A stretch of DNA of 64,000 bases from Burkholderiales bacterium (GTDB taxonomy: Bacteria; Pseudomonadota; Gammaproteobacteria; Burkholderiales; JACQAP01): the NCBI GenBank assembly GCA_045810225.1, contig JBJMWI010000176.1:40583-104582 (forward strand), read 5' to 3'. This document shows, piece after piece, positions 54,217-64,000 of the stretch. A model generated the notes under the pieces. The model was given only the letters and a program-made list of their open reading frames with translations, had not been told where the DNA came from and searched no databases. Made by a program: the position numbers and the translations under genes. Every line of letters starts with the position of its first letter. Position 1 is the stretch's first letter.

Positions 54217-55392
54217 ATGGATGACGTTGTAATCGTCGCTGCGTTACGCACCGGTGTCGGCAAATTTGGCGGCACAATAGGCAAGGTCCCGGCAACTGAA
54301 CTCGGCGCAAAGGTCATTGCCGCGCTGCTGGCCAAGACCGGCGTAAAACCGGAACTGGTAAGCGAAGTTCTAATGGGTCAAGTGCTTTCAGCGGCCGCAG
54401 GACAAAATCCTGCTCGACAGGCGTCGATCATGGCGGGAATTCCCAACATGGTGCCCGCAATGACGATCAACAAAGTTTGTGGTTCCGGACTGAAAGCTAC
54501 GCATCTCGCCGCGCAGGCAATCAAGGCAGGCGACGCCGATATCGTTATTGCAGGCGGACAGGAAAGCATGAGCCTTGCACCTCATGCGCTCAATGGGGCG
54601 CGTGACGGATTGCGAATGATGGACGGCAAGCTGATCGATACCATGATCATCGATGGTCTGTGGGACGTCTACAACCAGTACCACATGGGTGTCACGGCGG
54701 AGAATGTCGCGAAGAAATGGAATGTATCGCGCCAGGAACAGGATGAGTTCGCCGCCGCTTCACAGCAGAAAGCGGAAGCCGCGCAGAAATCGGGCCGCTT
54801 CCGCGATGAAATTGTTCCCCTGACCATTTCCAGCCGCAAGGGTGACGTCATTTTCGATACAGACGAATACGTGCGGCACGGAACCACCGCGGAAGCCTTG
54901 GCCTCGCTGAAACCCGCCTTCAACAATAGCGGGACCGTCACGGCTGGCAACGCTTCCGGTATTAACGACGGCGCGGCCGCGGTAATGATGATGAGCACAT
55001 CGAAAGCGAAGGAACTGGCACTGAAGCCACTTGCGCGCATCAAGGCTTACGCATCGGCCGGCGTGGATCCGAGCATCATGGGGATCGGTCCGATACCTGC
55101 TTCCAAGCTTTGCCTCAAAAAAGCCGGCTGGACCGCGAAGGACCTGGATCTACTCGAGATAAACGAGGCCTTTGCCGCACAAGCTATCGCAGTCAATCGC
55201 GACATGGGCTGGGATACTGGCAAGGTAAACGTGAACGGCGGCGCGATTGCGATCGGTCATCCCATCGGCGCTTCCGGTTGCCGGATCCTGGTGACGCTGA
55301 TTCACGAAATGATCAAGCGGGATGCCAGCAAGGGCCTGGCATCGCTGTGCATTGGCGGCGGCATGGGTGTTGCACTGGCAATCGAACGATAG
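54217..55392 (+). CDS. acetyl-CoA C-acetyltransferase (thiolase II, PhaA/AtoB-like)
   Basis: [29 protein letters not shown] (active-site Cys), [21 protein letters not shown] and CIGGGMGVA. Confidence 0.95.
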   Translation: MDDVVIVAALRTGVGKFGGTIGKVPATELGAKVIAALLAKTGVKPELVSEVLMGQVLSAAAGQNPARQASIMAGIPNMVPAMTINKVCGSGLKATHLAAQAIKAGDADIVIAGGQESMSLAPHALNGARDGLRMMDGKLIDTMIIDGLWDVYNQYHMGVTAENVAKKWNVSRQEQDEFAAASQQKAEAAQKSGRFRDEIVPLTISSRKGDVIFDTDEYVRHGTTAEALASLKPAFNNSGTVTAGNASGINDGAAAVMMMSTSKAKELALKPLARIKAYASAGVDPSIMGIGPIPASKLCLKKAGWTAKDLDLLEINEAFAAQAIAVNRDMGWDTGKVNVNGGAIAIGHPIGASGCRILVTLIHEMIKRDASKGLASLCIGGGMGVALAIER

Positions 55393-55408
55393 AAATCAAG
55401 GACCGATC

Positions 55409-56596
55409 ATGAACAATGGACGTGAAGTCGTAGTGATGTCGGGCGTGCGAACCGCAATTGGCGATTTCGGCGGAGCACTGAAGGATTTCGCACCTACCGA
55501 TTTGGGTGCACGCTGCGTGCGGGAAGCCCTAACAAGGGCCAAAGTGATGCCGGACGAAGTGGGTCATGTCGTGTTTGGTAATGTGATTCATACGGAAAAG
55601 AAGGATATGTATCTGTCGCGCGTCTGCGCCATCAACGGCGGGATCCCAAAAGAAGTTCCGGCGCTGACGTTGAACCGGTTGTGCGGCAGCGGATTGCAGG
55701 CGATCGTGAGTGCCGCGCAATTGGTTGCGCTTGGAGATGCCGATATCGCCGTCGCAGGCGGCGCCGAATCCATGAGCCGAGCTAATTACTGGCTTCCCGC
55801 AGCACGATGGGGAGCGAAGATGGGAGACCAGATGGTAGTGGACTCGCTCACTGGAGCGCTGTCCGATCCGTTCGATGCGCTGCACATGGGCGTCACCGCG
55901 GAAAACGTTGCCGCGAAGTACGGCGTGACGCGCGCCCAGCAAGACCAGTTTTCCGTTGAAAGCCATCTGCGCGCCGCCAATGCGATACGCAACGGTTACT
56001 TCAAGCAACAAATTATGGCAATCGAAATCAAAGATCGCAAAGGCACCAAGCTGTTCGATACCGACGAACACGTGCGCGGCGACTCAACCGTGGAGAATCT
56101 CGGCAAGCTAAAGACCGTATTCAAGAAAGACGGCACGGTGACTGCCGGCAATGCTTCCGGCATTAACGATGGCGCAGCCGCGGTGGTATTGATGGAGCGC
56201 AAACGCGCGGAAAAACGAGGATTACAACCCATGGCGCGCCTGGTAGCGTATGGTCATGCCGGGGTCGAACCGACGCTTATGGGTCTTGGCCCAATTCCCG
56301 CCGTGCATAACGCCATGAAGAAAGCGGGGCTGACGGTCGATGACATGGATGTGATTGAGTCAAATGAAGCGTTTGCTGCGCAAGCTTGCGCGGTCGCAAA
56401 GGATCTTGGCTTCGACCCGAAAAAAGTCAATCCGAACGGCGGCGCTGTTGCATTGGGTCATCCAATAGGGGCAACCGGGTGCATCATTTCCATTAAAGCG
56501 CTTTATGAACTACAGCGCATAAACGGGAAATACGCGCTGGTCACCATGTGCATCGGCGGCGGACAGGGCATCGCTGCGATATACGAAAGATTGTAG
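55409..56596 (+). CDS. second thiolase (BktB-like beta-ketothiolase)
   Basis: VVVMSGVRTAIGDFGG, NRLCGSGLQA, NPNGGAVALGHPIGATGC and CIGGGQGIA. Confidence 0.95.
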   Translation: MNNGREVVVMSGVRTAIGDFGGALKDFAPTDLGARCVREALTRAKVMPDEVGHVVFGNVIHTEKKDMYLSRVCAINGGIPKEVPALTLNRLCGSGLQAIVSAAQLVALGDADIAVAGGAESMSRANYWLPAARWGAKMGDQMVVDSLTGALSDPFDALHMGVTAENVAAKYGVTRAQQDQFSVESHLRAANAIRNGYFKQQIMAIEIKDRKGTKLFDTDEHVRGDSTVENLGKLKTVFKKDGTVTAGNASGINDGAAAVVLMERKRAEKRGLQPMARLVAYGHAGVEPTLMGLGPIPAVHNAMKKAGLTVDDMDVIESNEAFAAQACAVAKDLGFDPKKVNPNGGAVALGHPIGATGCIISIKALYELQRINGKYALVTMCIGGGQGIAAIYERL

Positions 56597-56620
56597 GAGG
56601 CGCCTTCACAGTTCAGAGAC

Positions 56621-56646
56621 ACGGCGCCTGCGCCGTATCTTTTTTT
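56621..56646. terminator. hairpin plus T-run after the thiolase operon
   Basis: ACGGCGC-ct-GCGCCGT followed by atcTTTTTTT, lying between convergent genes. Confidence 0.5.
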
Positions 56647-57385
56647 AGGAGCTTGGTGCGGGAAGGTGATGCTCCGAGGACCGCAGACGCTGCAACTCTG
56701 CGAGGCAAAGGTGGATAAAGGCAAGCGCCGCATACACTGGCGCAAAGAAATTCAATGGCGGAATGAAGTACAGCAAGCCGGTGATCAAACCGAGTAAAAA
56801 GAGCCGCCTGCCCGCGAGCGCGAATATCTGATTCATCTCCTGCGCGCTGGCATGCTCGGACAGAGCGTCGTAACGAAACAGCCGTTGGTTCAGATAGGCC
56901 GACAATAAAACCGGCAAAGGAGCGGCCAAAGGCCCCAGCAGCCAAAGCGGCAAGGTCGCCATCCACAGCAGTGCAAACATGCAAATCGCAGTCATCGCAT
57001 TCCAGACGCTGCCCCATACCGTGCCGCCGTGCCGAACTTCGAGATGTGGATAGTCGTTTTGGGAAACCTGACGCACGAGAACCGGCATGGCGAAAATCGC
57101 TGCGATCAGGAGGGCAGTTAATATAACAACCGGGGTCAATATGGCAATGACAATGGCACCTGCCAGCCACGAAACGATCCTGGCCGCATCGAACGGTACC
57201 CAGTCAACTGGCATGTGATCTAGAACTGCGTTTTGGATACCAGATATCCAGCTATCCCAATAGGTCCAGCCAATGCCGACCCAGATCGACAATGCGATCA
57301 TCATGGGCACCAGGACAATGACAAGAATGATGGGATGCAACATAGATTTTGCCGCGTCCAGGAGTGCTTTAACTATCTCATCCAT
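56645..57385 (-). CDS. EI24/CysZ-like (DUF540) membrane protein
   Basis: 246 aa with 4-5 TM helices. The overall pattern recalls the EI24 family. This is a low-specificity call from memory. Confidence 0.6.
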   Translation of the reverse strand: MDEIVKALLDAAKSMLHPIILVIVLVPMMIALSIWVGIGWTYWDSWISGIQNAVLDHMPVDWVPFDAARIVSWLAGAIVIAILTPVVILTALLIAAIFAMPVLVRQVSQNDYPHLEVRHGGTVWGSVWNAMTAICMFALLWMATLPLWLLGPLAAPLPVLLSAYLNQRLFRYDALSEHASAQEMNQIFALAGRRLFLLGLITGLLYFIPPLNFFAPVYAALAFIHLCLAELQRLRSSEHHLPAPSS

Positions 57386-57481
57386 AGGCCCTCTGCAGCC
57401 ACCCGTAAGCTTTTTAACTGACTGTTTGTAGAATTTTTATTACAGAACCATAACGCACAGGTACAAACTTACAATTAGGTG

Positions 57482-57509
57482 TTGACTTCCCCATAAAGCC
57501 CTATAGAAT
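57482..57509 (+). promoter_or_regulatory. candidate sigma-70 promoter of the phasin gene
   Basis: TTGACT (57482-57487), a 16-nt spacer, then TAGAAT (57504-57509). A TGCAGTGCA motif follows at about 57522-57530. Confidence 0.4.
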
Positions 57510-57572
57510 GGCCACGCTTATTGCAGTGCAACAACCACTCACCAACCAAACCTGCTGCCTGAAGGAGAAGTT

Positions 57573-58103
57573 ATGTACAACGTACCTGAGCAACTGTTAG
57601 CAACCAACAAAGACACACTGGAGACAATGGTCGAATTTGCCAGCATCGCAGCGGCGGGTGCCGAAAAGCTGCTGGACGCACAAATGAAAATCGCCAAGGC
57701 CGTTTTTGCTGATACCGTAAAGCATGCCAAAACCGTTGTGGCCGCCAAGGACATCCAGGAACTAACCGAAATTCAAACGTCATTTGTCCAGCCCTCATCC
57801 GAAAAGGCTGCCGCCTATGGCCGCACCTTATATTCGGTTGTCGCTGAGACCCAGACCGAACTGAGCAAGTTCTTCGAAGTGCGCTTTGCCGATGCCAACA
57901 AGAACCTCACGACCGCACTGGACAAGGCTATGAAAAGCGCTCCCGCCGGCTCGGATGTCGCAGTAGCAGCCGTCAAGTCAGCAATGGCTGCCGCCAACCA
58001 AGCCTACGATGCGTTCAGCAAGGCAACCAAGCAAGTGACCGAAGCGACTGAAGCGACGATGATGACCGCCACCGGCACGACAACGAAGAAAAAAGCAGCC
58101 TAA
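57573..58103 (+). CDS. phaP: phasin (PHA granule-associated protein)
   Basis: 176 aa, Ala/Lys/Glu-rich helical protein with the N-terminal EQLLATNKDTLETMVEFASIAAAGAEKLLD pattern of TIGR01841-type phasins. Confidence 0.88.
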   Translation: MYNVPEQLLATNKDTLETMVEFASIAAAGAEKLLDAQMKIAKAVFADTVKHAKTVVAAKDIQELTEIQTSFVQPSSEKAAAYGRTLYSVVAETQTELSKFFEVRFADANKNLTTALDKAMKSAPAGSDVAVAAVKSAMAAANQAYDAFSKATKQVTEATEATMMTATGTTTKKKAA

Positions 58104-58132
58104 GGCAGCCAGCACAGTTCGTTGTATTGAAG

Positions 58133-58158
58133 GCCCACGGATGATCCGTGGGCTTTTT
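58133..58158 (+). terminator. intrinsic terminator after phaP
   Basis: GCCCACGG-atgat-CCGTGGGC followed by TTTTT. Confidence 0.75.
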
Positions 58159-58220
58159 GTTTTTGCAGCGTCCCGTCTATACAATCGGCTAACCTACCCC
58201 GCGTGCCGGCCGGTGATTAC

Positions 58221-59879
58221 ATGCATCTCGTCGAGCGAACAACTTGGAAAGCGCTAGAACTACACGCCCCGGAGATCGCGGGCGTTGCAATCCTTGATTT
58301 GTTCGCCGAAGATCCGGGGCGCGCCGAGGCATTTTCGGCAGAAGCGTGCGGCATCCTGTTCGATTATTCCAAAAATCCACTGTCGACCGAAACTCGACGC
58401 CGGTTGTTGGCGTTGGCGCAGGAGGCCGGTGTGCCGGCGCAAATCGATGCAATGTTCAACGGACGGCGCATAAATGTTACGGAGAAGCGCGCTGTGTTGC
58501 ATACGGCTTTGCGTAACCAGTCGAAACGGCCTGTATTGGTAGATAACCAGGACGTTATGCCCGGCATCAACACAGTACTGCAACGCATGCGTGCGATGTC
58601 AGACCGTATTCGGGCAGGCATTGACCGCGGCGCAACCGGGCGGCAGTTTACTGACGTAGTTAATATCGGTATTGGCGGCTCGGATCTTGGACCGTTCATG
58701 GTGACCACGGCCTTGCGCCCTTACGCCTCCAAGGCCCTTCGTGCCCATTTCGTATCAAATGTGGATGGCGCACACCTCGCCGCGACGCTTGCCGGACTGA
58801 ATCCGGAAACAACGCTGTTCATCGTTTCATCCAAGACCTTCACCACCCAGGAGACCCTGACCAACGCGAAGTCAGCGCGACAGTGGTTGCTTACCATATT
58901 GGCCGGAAAAGCCCCTGCTGAAGCCATCATCGAGCACCATTTCGCGGCCGTGTCGACGAACCTGGAGGCCACTGCGGACTTCGGCATTGTTGCCGAGCGC
59001 GTATTCGGATTCTGGGATTGGGTTGGCGGCCGCTACTCGCTGTGGTCAGCCATTGGCCTGCCGATAGCCCTGGCAATTGGCTTTGACCATTTCGAGCAGC
59101 TCCTGAGCGGCGCCTGCGAAATGGATGAGCACTTCCGCAGCACGCCACTGGAGCGCAATCTGCCGGTGTTGGCCGCGCTAATCGGCATATGGCACATCGA
59201 TTTTCTTGACCACCGGACCCATGCGGTGCTGCCTTATGCCCAGGATCTCGTACATCTGCCGGCTTTCCTGCAGCAACTCGACATGGAAAGCAACGGCAAA
59301 GGAGTGGATCGTTCCGGCGCGCCGGTCCATTACCAGACGGGGCCAGTCATCTGGGGTGCAGCGGGGACGAACGGCCAGCATGCGTTCTTCCAGCATTTGC
59401 ATCAGGGCACGCAAGTTACACCCGCTGATTTTATTGTGCCCATCCATCCTGCTGACGACATGCCGGGCCACCATGACATTCTGCTGGCGAACTGTATTGC
59501 CCAGACTGAAGCACTGTTGCGTGGAAAAACAGCTGCTGAAGTCCACGCGGAACTTGTGGCGCGCGGGATGCACGGGGACGAACTACAACGCTCAACGCCT
59601 CATCGCGTGTTTCCCGGCAATCGTCCCAGTAATACCATCGTTCTTGATCGATTGGATCCACGCTCGCTCGGGGCCTTGATCGCGTTCTACGAGCACAAGG
59701 TTTTCGTGCAGGGTGCAATCTGGAATATCAATTCATTCGATCAATGGGGCGTGGAACTGGGTAAGCAACTTGCTGGCGGAGTCTTAAGCGATCTCCGGGC
59801 GGGGCAGGCCTCCAAGGAACACGATTCCTCGACCAGGATGTTGATCCGTCACGTACTTGAACGCGGCAAACCGCAATAG
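58221..59879 (+). CDS. pgi: glucose-6-phosphate isomerase
   Basis: VVNIGIGGSDLGP, VSSKTFTTQET and GGRYSLWSAIG are PGI signatures. The start is set at MHLVERTTWKAL. Confidence 0.95.
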   Translation: MHLVERTTWKALELHAPEIAGVAILDLFAEDPGRAEAFSAEACGILFDYSKNPLSTETRRRLLALAQEAGVPAQIDAMFNGRRINVTEKRAVLHTALRNQSKRPVLVDNQDVMPGINTVLQRMRAMSDRIRAGIDRGATGRQFTDVVNIGIGGSDLGPFMVTTALRPYASKALRAHFVSNVDGAHLAATLAGLNPETTLFIVSSKTFTTQETLTNAKSARQWLLTILAGKAPAEAIIEHHFAAVSTNLEATADFGIVAERVFGFWDWVGGRYSLWSAIGLPIALAIGFDHFEQLLSGACEMDEHFRSTPLERNLPVLAALIGIWHIDFLDHRTHAVLPYAQDLVHLPAFLQQLDMESNGKGVDRSGAPVHYQTGPVIWGAAGTNGQHAFFQHLHQGTQVTPADFIVPIHPADDMPGHHDILLANCIAQTEALLRGKTAAEVHAELVARGMHGDELQRSTPHRVFPGNRPSNTIVLDRLDPRSLGALIAFYEHKVFVQGAIWNINSFDQWGVELGKQLAGGVLSDLRAGQASKEHDSSTRMLIRHVLERGKPQ

Positions 59880-59907
59880 AGAAGGTTCATGGCAGCTCGC
59901 CTGCTGC

Positions 59908-60459
59908 TTAGGCCTGAAGATTGAGGAAATTTGTTTTGTAGTACTTCAATTCCTCGATTGATTCATGGATGTCGGCCAGCGCCTCGTGCTTACCGTGCTT
60001 GGTGAAGCCGGACATGATCCCGGGTTTCCAGCGCTTGGCGAGTTCCTTCAGCGTGGAAACATCAAGATTGCGGTAGTGAAAGTATTCTTCGAGCTTGGGC
60101 ATGTGCCGGGCAAGAAACCGGCGATCCTGGCAGACCGAATTGCCGCACATTGGTGATGTATTCGCAGGCACATACTGGGACAGAAACCCGATCAATTCCG
60201 CCTCGACTTGCGCCTCACTCTCCAGTGAAGCCTTGGCACGATCGATCAAGCCCGATTTTTTGTGCGTCGCCTTGTTCCACGAATCCATGCGCGCGAATAC
60301 GTCGTCGGCCTGATGAACCACTTTCACGGGGCCTTGCGCCAGAACGTTCAATTGTCCGTCCGTCACGACGATCGCCACTTCCAGGACCCGGTCATTGTCG
60401 GGACTAAGCCCGCTCATTTCCATGTCAATCCAGATCAGGTTGCCGGGATCCTGTGCCAT
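59908..60459 (-). CDS. orn: oligoribonuclease
   Basis: [11 protein letters not shown] (DEDD exo I), ...[13 protein letters not shown]..., and ...[17 protein letters not shown] (exo III). Confidence 0.95.
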   Translation of the reverse strand: MAQDPGNLIWIDMEMSGLSPDNDRVLEVAIVVTDGQLNVLAQGPVKVVHQADDVFARMDSWNKATHKKSGLIDRAKASLESEAQVEAELIGFLSQYVPANTSPMCGNSVCQDRRFLARHMPKLEEYFHYRNLDVSTLKELAKRWKPGIMSGFTKHGKHEALADIHESIEELKYYKTNFLNLQA

Positions 60460-60530
60460 AATCCTTGGTAGTTTCGCTCGAATTTTCCCGGCGTCATTTT
60501 GTCACAGATCCAATCCCCCAACTGACCTCC

Positions 60531-61781
60531 ATGAACGTTTTTGCCATCCTGTTTTTTGCAGCGTTGCTGATCTCAACAAGTCTGCGTCTATGGCTGGCTG
60601 CTCGACACGTGCGCCACATCCAGACCCATCGCAATAAGGTACCGTCCGCGTTCGCAACCGAGATAGATCTGGCGGCCCACCAGAAGGCAGCTGACTACAG
60701 TCGCGCAAAAACTCGCCTGAACATGAAGGCGCTCGTGTTCGATGCGGCCGTCCTGCTCGCGCTTACTTTTGGTGGAGGGCTCCAGGGCATTGATGATGTG
60801 GCAGCCCGCGTGTTTCAGAATCCCCTGTTGCATGGCGTGGCTTTTGTCGCGATGTTGACCATCATCCTGTCTGCGCTTGAGTTGCCCTTTGACCTGTATC
60901 GCGTGTTTGGTATCGAGAGCCGCTTTGGCTTCAACAAGATGACGCTGGGCATGTTCTTTGGGGATCTCGCGAAACAAGCTGCGGTCGGTATCGTGCTCGG
61001 ATTGCCATTGCTGTTGGCCGTGCTGTGGCTGATGGCCAGTATGGGAGAGCTCTGGTGGTTGTACGTCTGGCTTGTGGCAATCGCTTTCATGCTGTTCGTT
61101 CAGTTCATTGCGCCGAGCGTTATTGCTCCGCTGTTCAACAAGTTCGTCCCGATGCAGGACGGCGAAATGAAAACCCGAATCGAGAATCTCATCGCACGAT
61201 GTGGCTTCACCTCCAAGGGCTTGTTCATCATGGACGGGTCCAAACGAAGCAGCCACGGCAACGCTTATTTCACCGGTTTCGGAAAATCAAAGCGCATCGT
61301 GTTCTTTGACACGCTGTTGTCGCGTCTCGAAATCGCTGAGATTGAGGCGGTGTTGGCGCACGAGCTCGGGCATTTCCGCATGCGCCACGTGATTAAACGG
61401 CTGGTTTTGATGGCCGTGTTTTCGCTGATCTTTTTTTTCCTGCTCGGCCAACTCAAAAACCAGGAATGGTTCTATCAGGGACTACACGTAACTTATCCGG
61501 CCACGGAGGCGATGGCACTGACTTTGTTTTTCATGGTGATGCCAGTTTTCACTTTTTTGCTGCAGCCGATGCTTTCAATGTACTCCCGCAAGCACGAATT
61601 CGAGGCGGATGAGTATGCCGCGAAATTCACGCCGGCTCGCGATCTGGTTCATGCTCTGGTAAAACTCTACAAGGACAATGCCTCAACCCTAACGCCAGAC
61701 CCGCTGCATTCGGCGTTTTACGACTCTCATCCGCCCGCCGCGATTCGCATCGCGCGCCTTGAGCAAATGAGCACAGCATGA
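60531..61781 (+). CDS. M48-family (Ste24/HtpX-like) zinc metallopeptidase
   Basis: A multi-TM N-terminus, followed by AVLAHELGHF (HExxH) and EFEADEYA. Confidence 0.9.
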   Translation: MNVFAILFFAALLISTSLRLWLAARHVRHIQTHRNKVPSAFATEIDLAAHQKAADYSRAKTRLNMKALVFDAAVLLALTFGGGLQGIDDVAARVFQNPLLHGVAFVAMLTIILSALELPFDLYRVFGIESRFGFNKMTLGMFFGDLAKQAAVGIVLGLPLLLAVLWLMASMGELWWLYVWLVAIAFMLFVQFIAPSVIAPLFNKFVPMQDGEMKTRIENLIARCGFTSKGLFIMDGSKRSSHGNAYFTGFGKSKRIVFFDTLLSRLEIAEIEAVLAHELGHFRMRHVIKRLVLMAVFSLIFFFLLGQLKNQEWFYQGLHVTYPATEAMALTLFFMVMPVFTFLLQPMLSMYSRKHEFEADEYAAKFTPARDLVHALVKLYKDNASTLTPDPLHSAFYDSHPPAAIRIARLEQMSTA

Positions 61782-61944
61782 ACGGCAGCCACTTGGGTCG
61801 TGCCGGCATGGACGCTGCACGAGTTTCTCTGAGATGCCGTCGTGAACGAACTCTGCGCGAAAAAGACTTCATCGGCGCAGCAACAAGATGCACTGCCTGG
61901 TTTCTGACTTGACCGCCGAGGCCTGGCATGGCATTGCATAACCA

Positions 61945-62841
61945 TTGAGCACGCCGCAAGCGCTGCATCATGGTCTGGTGGTCGGCACTTTTGGCCGCCA
62001 ATATTTGATCGAACTCGCCGGGGCCGAAATCCTTACCTGTTTTCCGCGCGGCAAGCGCAGCACGCTGGCGTGCGGGGATCGAGTCGAAATTGTGCGCACG
62101 GCACCGGGACAGGGGGTAGTGGAAGCCATAGACCCGCGTTCGGCATTGCTGTATCGATCAGACCAGTTTCGCCAGAAACTCATCGCATCGAATGTCACGC
62201 AGGTCGTCATCGTGCTGGCTGTGGTGCCGAATTTCTATGAGGAACTGCTGAATCGTTGCATCGCCGCCGCAGAGATCCAGGGACTCTCATTGCTTATCGT
62301 ACTCAACAAGTGCGATCTGATTGAAGAAAGCAAGACCGCGATCGCCCGCCTTGAGTTGTATTCCCGGCTGGGTTATTGCGTCATGCCGCTTGCGGCGAAG
62401 CGCGACATCACGCCGCTGCGGCGCGCGCTCAAAGGCCATGCAAGCGTGCTGGTGGGACAATCCGGCATGGGGAAGTCAACCATCATTAATGCACTGGTGC
62501 CGGGGGCCGGTGCTACCACAGCGGATGTTTCACTGGCGCTCGACTCAGGTCGGCATACCACGACTCACGCGCGGCTGTATCACCTGGGAGAAGGCGCAGA
62601 TCTAATCGATTCTCCCGGCATGCAAGAATTCGGTCTGCACCATTTCACACAACAGCAACTGGCGCAAGCGTTCATCGAGTTCAGGGCGTTACTAGGCCAG
62701 TGCCGTTTCCATAATTGCAAGCACCTGGTTGAGCCGGGGTGCGCCATCGCGCGGGCCCATGAGCAAGGCGGGATAGATGCGCGGCGGCTTGATTCTTACC
62801 GCAAGCTGGTGCAGGAAATCGCTTCCGGAAAGCGATTTTAG
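61945..62841 (+). CDS. rsgA: ribosome small-subunit-dependent GTPase A
   Basis: Circularly permuted GTPase: VLNKCDL (G4), then VGQSGMGKST (G1) and DSPG (G3). A C-terminal Zn-finger region has CRFHNC.H..EPGC. TTG start, so the start is uncertain. Confidence 0.9.
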   Translation: MSTPQALHHGLVVGTFGRQYLIELAGAEILTCFPRGKRSTLACGDRVEIVRTAPGQGVVEAIDPRSALLYRSDQFRQKLIASNVTQVVIVLAVVPNFYEELLNRCIAAAEIQGLSLLIVLNKCDLIEESKTAIARLELYSRLGYCVMPLAAKRDITPLRRALKGHASVLVGQSGMGKSTIINALVPGAGATTADVSLALDSGRHTTTHARLYHLGEGADLIDSPGMQEFGLHHFTQQQLAQAFIEFRALLGQCRFHNCKHLVEPGCAIARAHEQGGIDARRLDSYRKLVQEIASGKRF

Positions 62842-62844
62842 AGC

Positions 62845-63771
62845 TCAGACCCCGACCCAGCGCGCCACGGTGATGAGTGCCAGAACAAACATCCAAATCA
62901 CAAGCGCACGCCAGATCATCCCCACCGCGCTTGTCATGGTATCCACATCGGCATCGTCACCCAGCCCGAGATCGGGACGAAAGCTGACCGTGCCGTGCTG
63001 ATGCACGGTTTCGCCCAAGCGCACACCGAGTGCGCCCGCCCCGCTCGCCAGCACCACGCCTTGGTCCGGGTCGAGCCATTTTGTCGCTTGGGATCGCCAG
63101 CAATACACCGCGTCCTCAAAATCGCCGGCGATCGCAAAGCCGATTGCGGTTAGTCGCACGGGAATCCAGTCGAGATAGTGAAACGTCTGCAATGCAAATT
63201 TGCCAAAATCACCGTACTCGGCCTGGGAGCGCACACCCCACTTCTGTTCAAGCATGCCGCTAAGACGGTACAGCACAGCACCGCTGGGCCCAGGCAGGAT
63301 AAGGAACCAGAAAATTACGCCGAACACATGGCGATGTGAATCGATCAAGCCCTGTTCAATCGCTATCTTTGCGACCTCCGTATCGCTGAATTCCGAAGCA
63401 GATTCCCCGCGCCACTCGGTCAATAAAGTACGGGCGCGGTCGAGATCTCCTTCGCGCAGTGCCTCGACGATCGCCGTGAACGCATGGCTGAACTGCCGAA
63501 ATCCCATGGTCAGATACAGCACCGCGACGTTCCAGACCCAAGCCGCCGCAATGTTGATGTCCCGGAGAGAATAGTGAATGAGCACTGATACCAACACCCA
63601 CGGCACTATCGCAAGCATCCAGGCTGCCATGCCTTGCTTTTGTTCACCGGCATTGAAATGATTGCCAAGCGAGTTCACATAGCGCAAATACAAGCGATGC
63701 ACCGCATTGCGCGGCGTAAGCGGGCGAACCTGTTCGATCAACAGGGTAAAGAGCAAGGCGAGAAATGACAT
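62845..63771 (-). CDS. CobD/CbiB-family (AmpE-like) membrane protein
   Basis: From MSFLALLFTLLIEQVRPL... The layout matches CobD/CbiB-like proteins that are not linked to cobalamin genes. The start is set at the internal ATG, using ORF-track frame arithmetic. Confidence 0.7.
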   Translation of the reverse strand: MSFLALLFTLLIEQVRPLTPRNAVHRLYLRYVNSLGNHFNAGEQKQGMAAWMLAIVPWVLVSVLIHYSLRDINIAAAWVWNVAVLYLTMGFRQFSHAFTAIVEALREGDLDRARTLLTEWRGESASEFSDTEVAKIAIEQGLIDSHRHVFGVIFWFLILPGPSGAVLYRLSGMLEQKWGVRSQAEYGDFGKFALQTFHYLDWIPVRLTAIGFAIAGDFEDAVYCWRSQATKWLDPDQGVVLASGAGALGVRLGETVHQHGTVSFRPDLGLGDDADVDTMTSAVGMIWRALVIWMFVLALITVARWVGV

Positions 63772-64000
63772 TGCTGAACTAACGTGTTTGCGGTAACGGC
63801 ATATTACCGGATCGTGGGGCCGCGGCCGCTTTTGCAATGATCCGCTTCACCGCCCCCTATAGCCAGCGGCGAACTCTAGCCTTGTAGGCAGAGAAGCCAG
63901 CGCCGAATTTTTGCAGCAGCATGCGCTCTTCAGGGCCGATCTGAAAACGGTTGATATAAAGCACGAACAAAGGCGCTGGTAGATATGCCAGCCCATTTGC

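Noticed and set aside
1-64000. A search by eye for tRNA or rRNA genes, transposases, integrases, phage genes, toxin-antitoxin pairs, restriction-modification or other known defence modules.
   Set aside because: No ORF or intergenic sequence showed the corresponding motifs. tRNAscan, Infernal or defence-finder runs would be needed to confirm their absence.

Overview
GC-rich chromosomal segment that looks betaproteobacterial, probably Burkholderiales. That placement is an inference from a Bug/TctC-type binding protein, trxA-rho-rpmE, a phasin, an Ada-AlkA fusion with ogt, and AddAB-type repair genes. I call about 65 protein-coding genes. By eye I found no rRNA, tRNA, CRISPR array, transposase, integrase or recognisable defence genes. 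Content is mostly housekeeping and envelope or redox functions:
- cold shock protein, CbpA/CbpM, Hsp33/Hsp15, thioredoxin, Rho, L31, Pgi, Orn and RsgA;
- two thiolases and a phasin;
- two PQQ-dehydrogenase modules;
- a complete caa3-like cytochrome c oxidase operon;
- an uncharacterised CoA-thioester operon;
- the adaptive-response (ada-alkA/ogt) and addAB DNA repair genes.

Most unusual observations:
1. A tandem duplication of about 287 bp covers the rho 3' end plus a highly structured element of about 133 nt (50053-50628). The second rho tail differs from the first almost only at synonymous sites: 9 of its last 10 codons are recoded.
2. A lanthanide-signature (D-Y-D) PQQ alcohol dehydrogenase is joined by four consecutive 4-nt start/stop overlaps to its own cytochrome c and a dedicated terminal oxidase. 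A sigma-54-like promoter lies upstream.
3. A 770-790 aa PDZ lipoprotein has a C-terminal half made of about 12 degenerate ~26-residue hLhDxxGNDxY repeats.
4. Two YihY/BrkB paralogues bracket an AI-2E transporter and an AsmA-family gene.

All functional calls come from reading the supplied translations and recognising motifs or families from memory. No database search was run.
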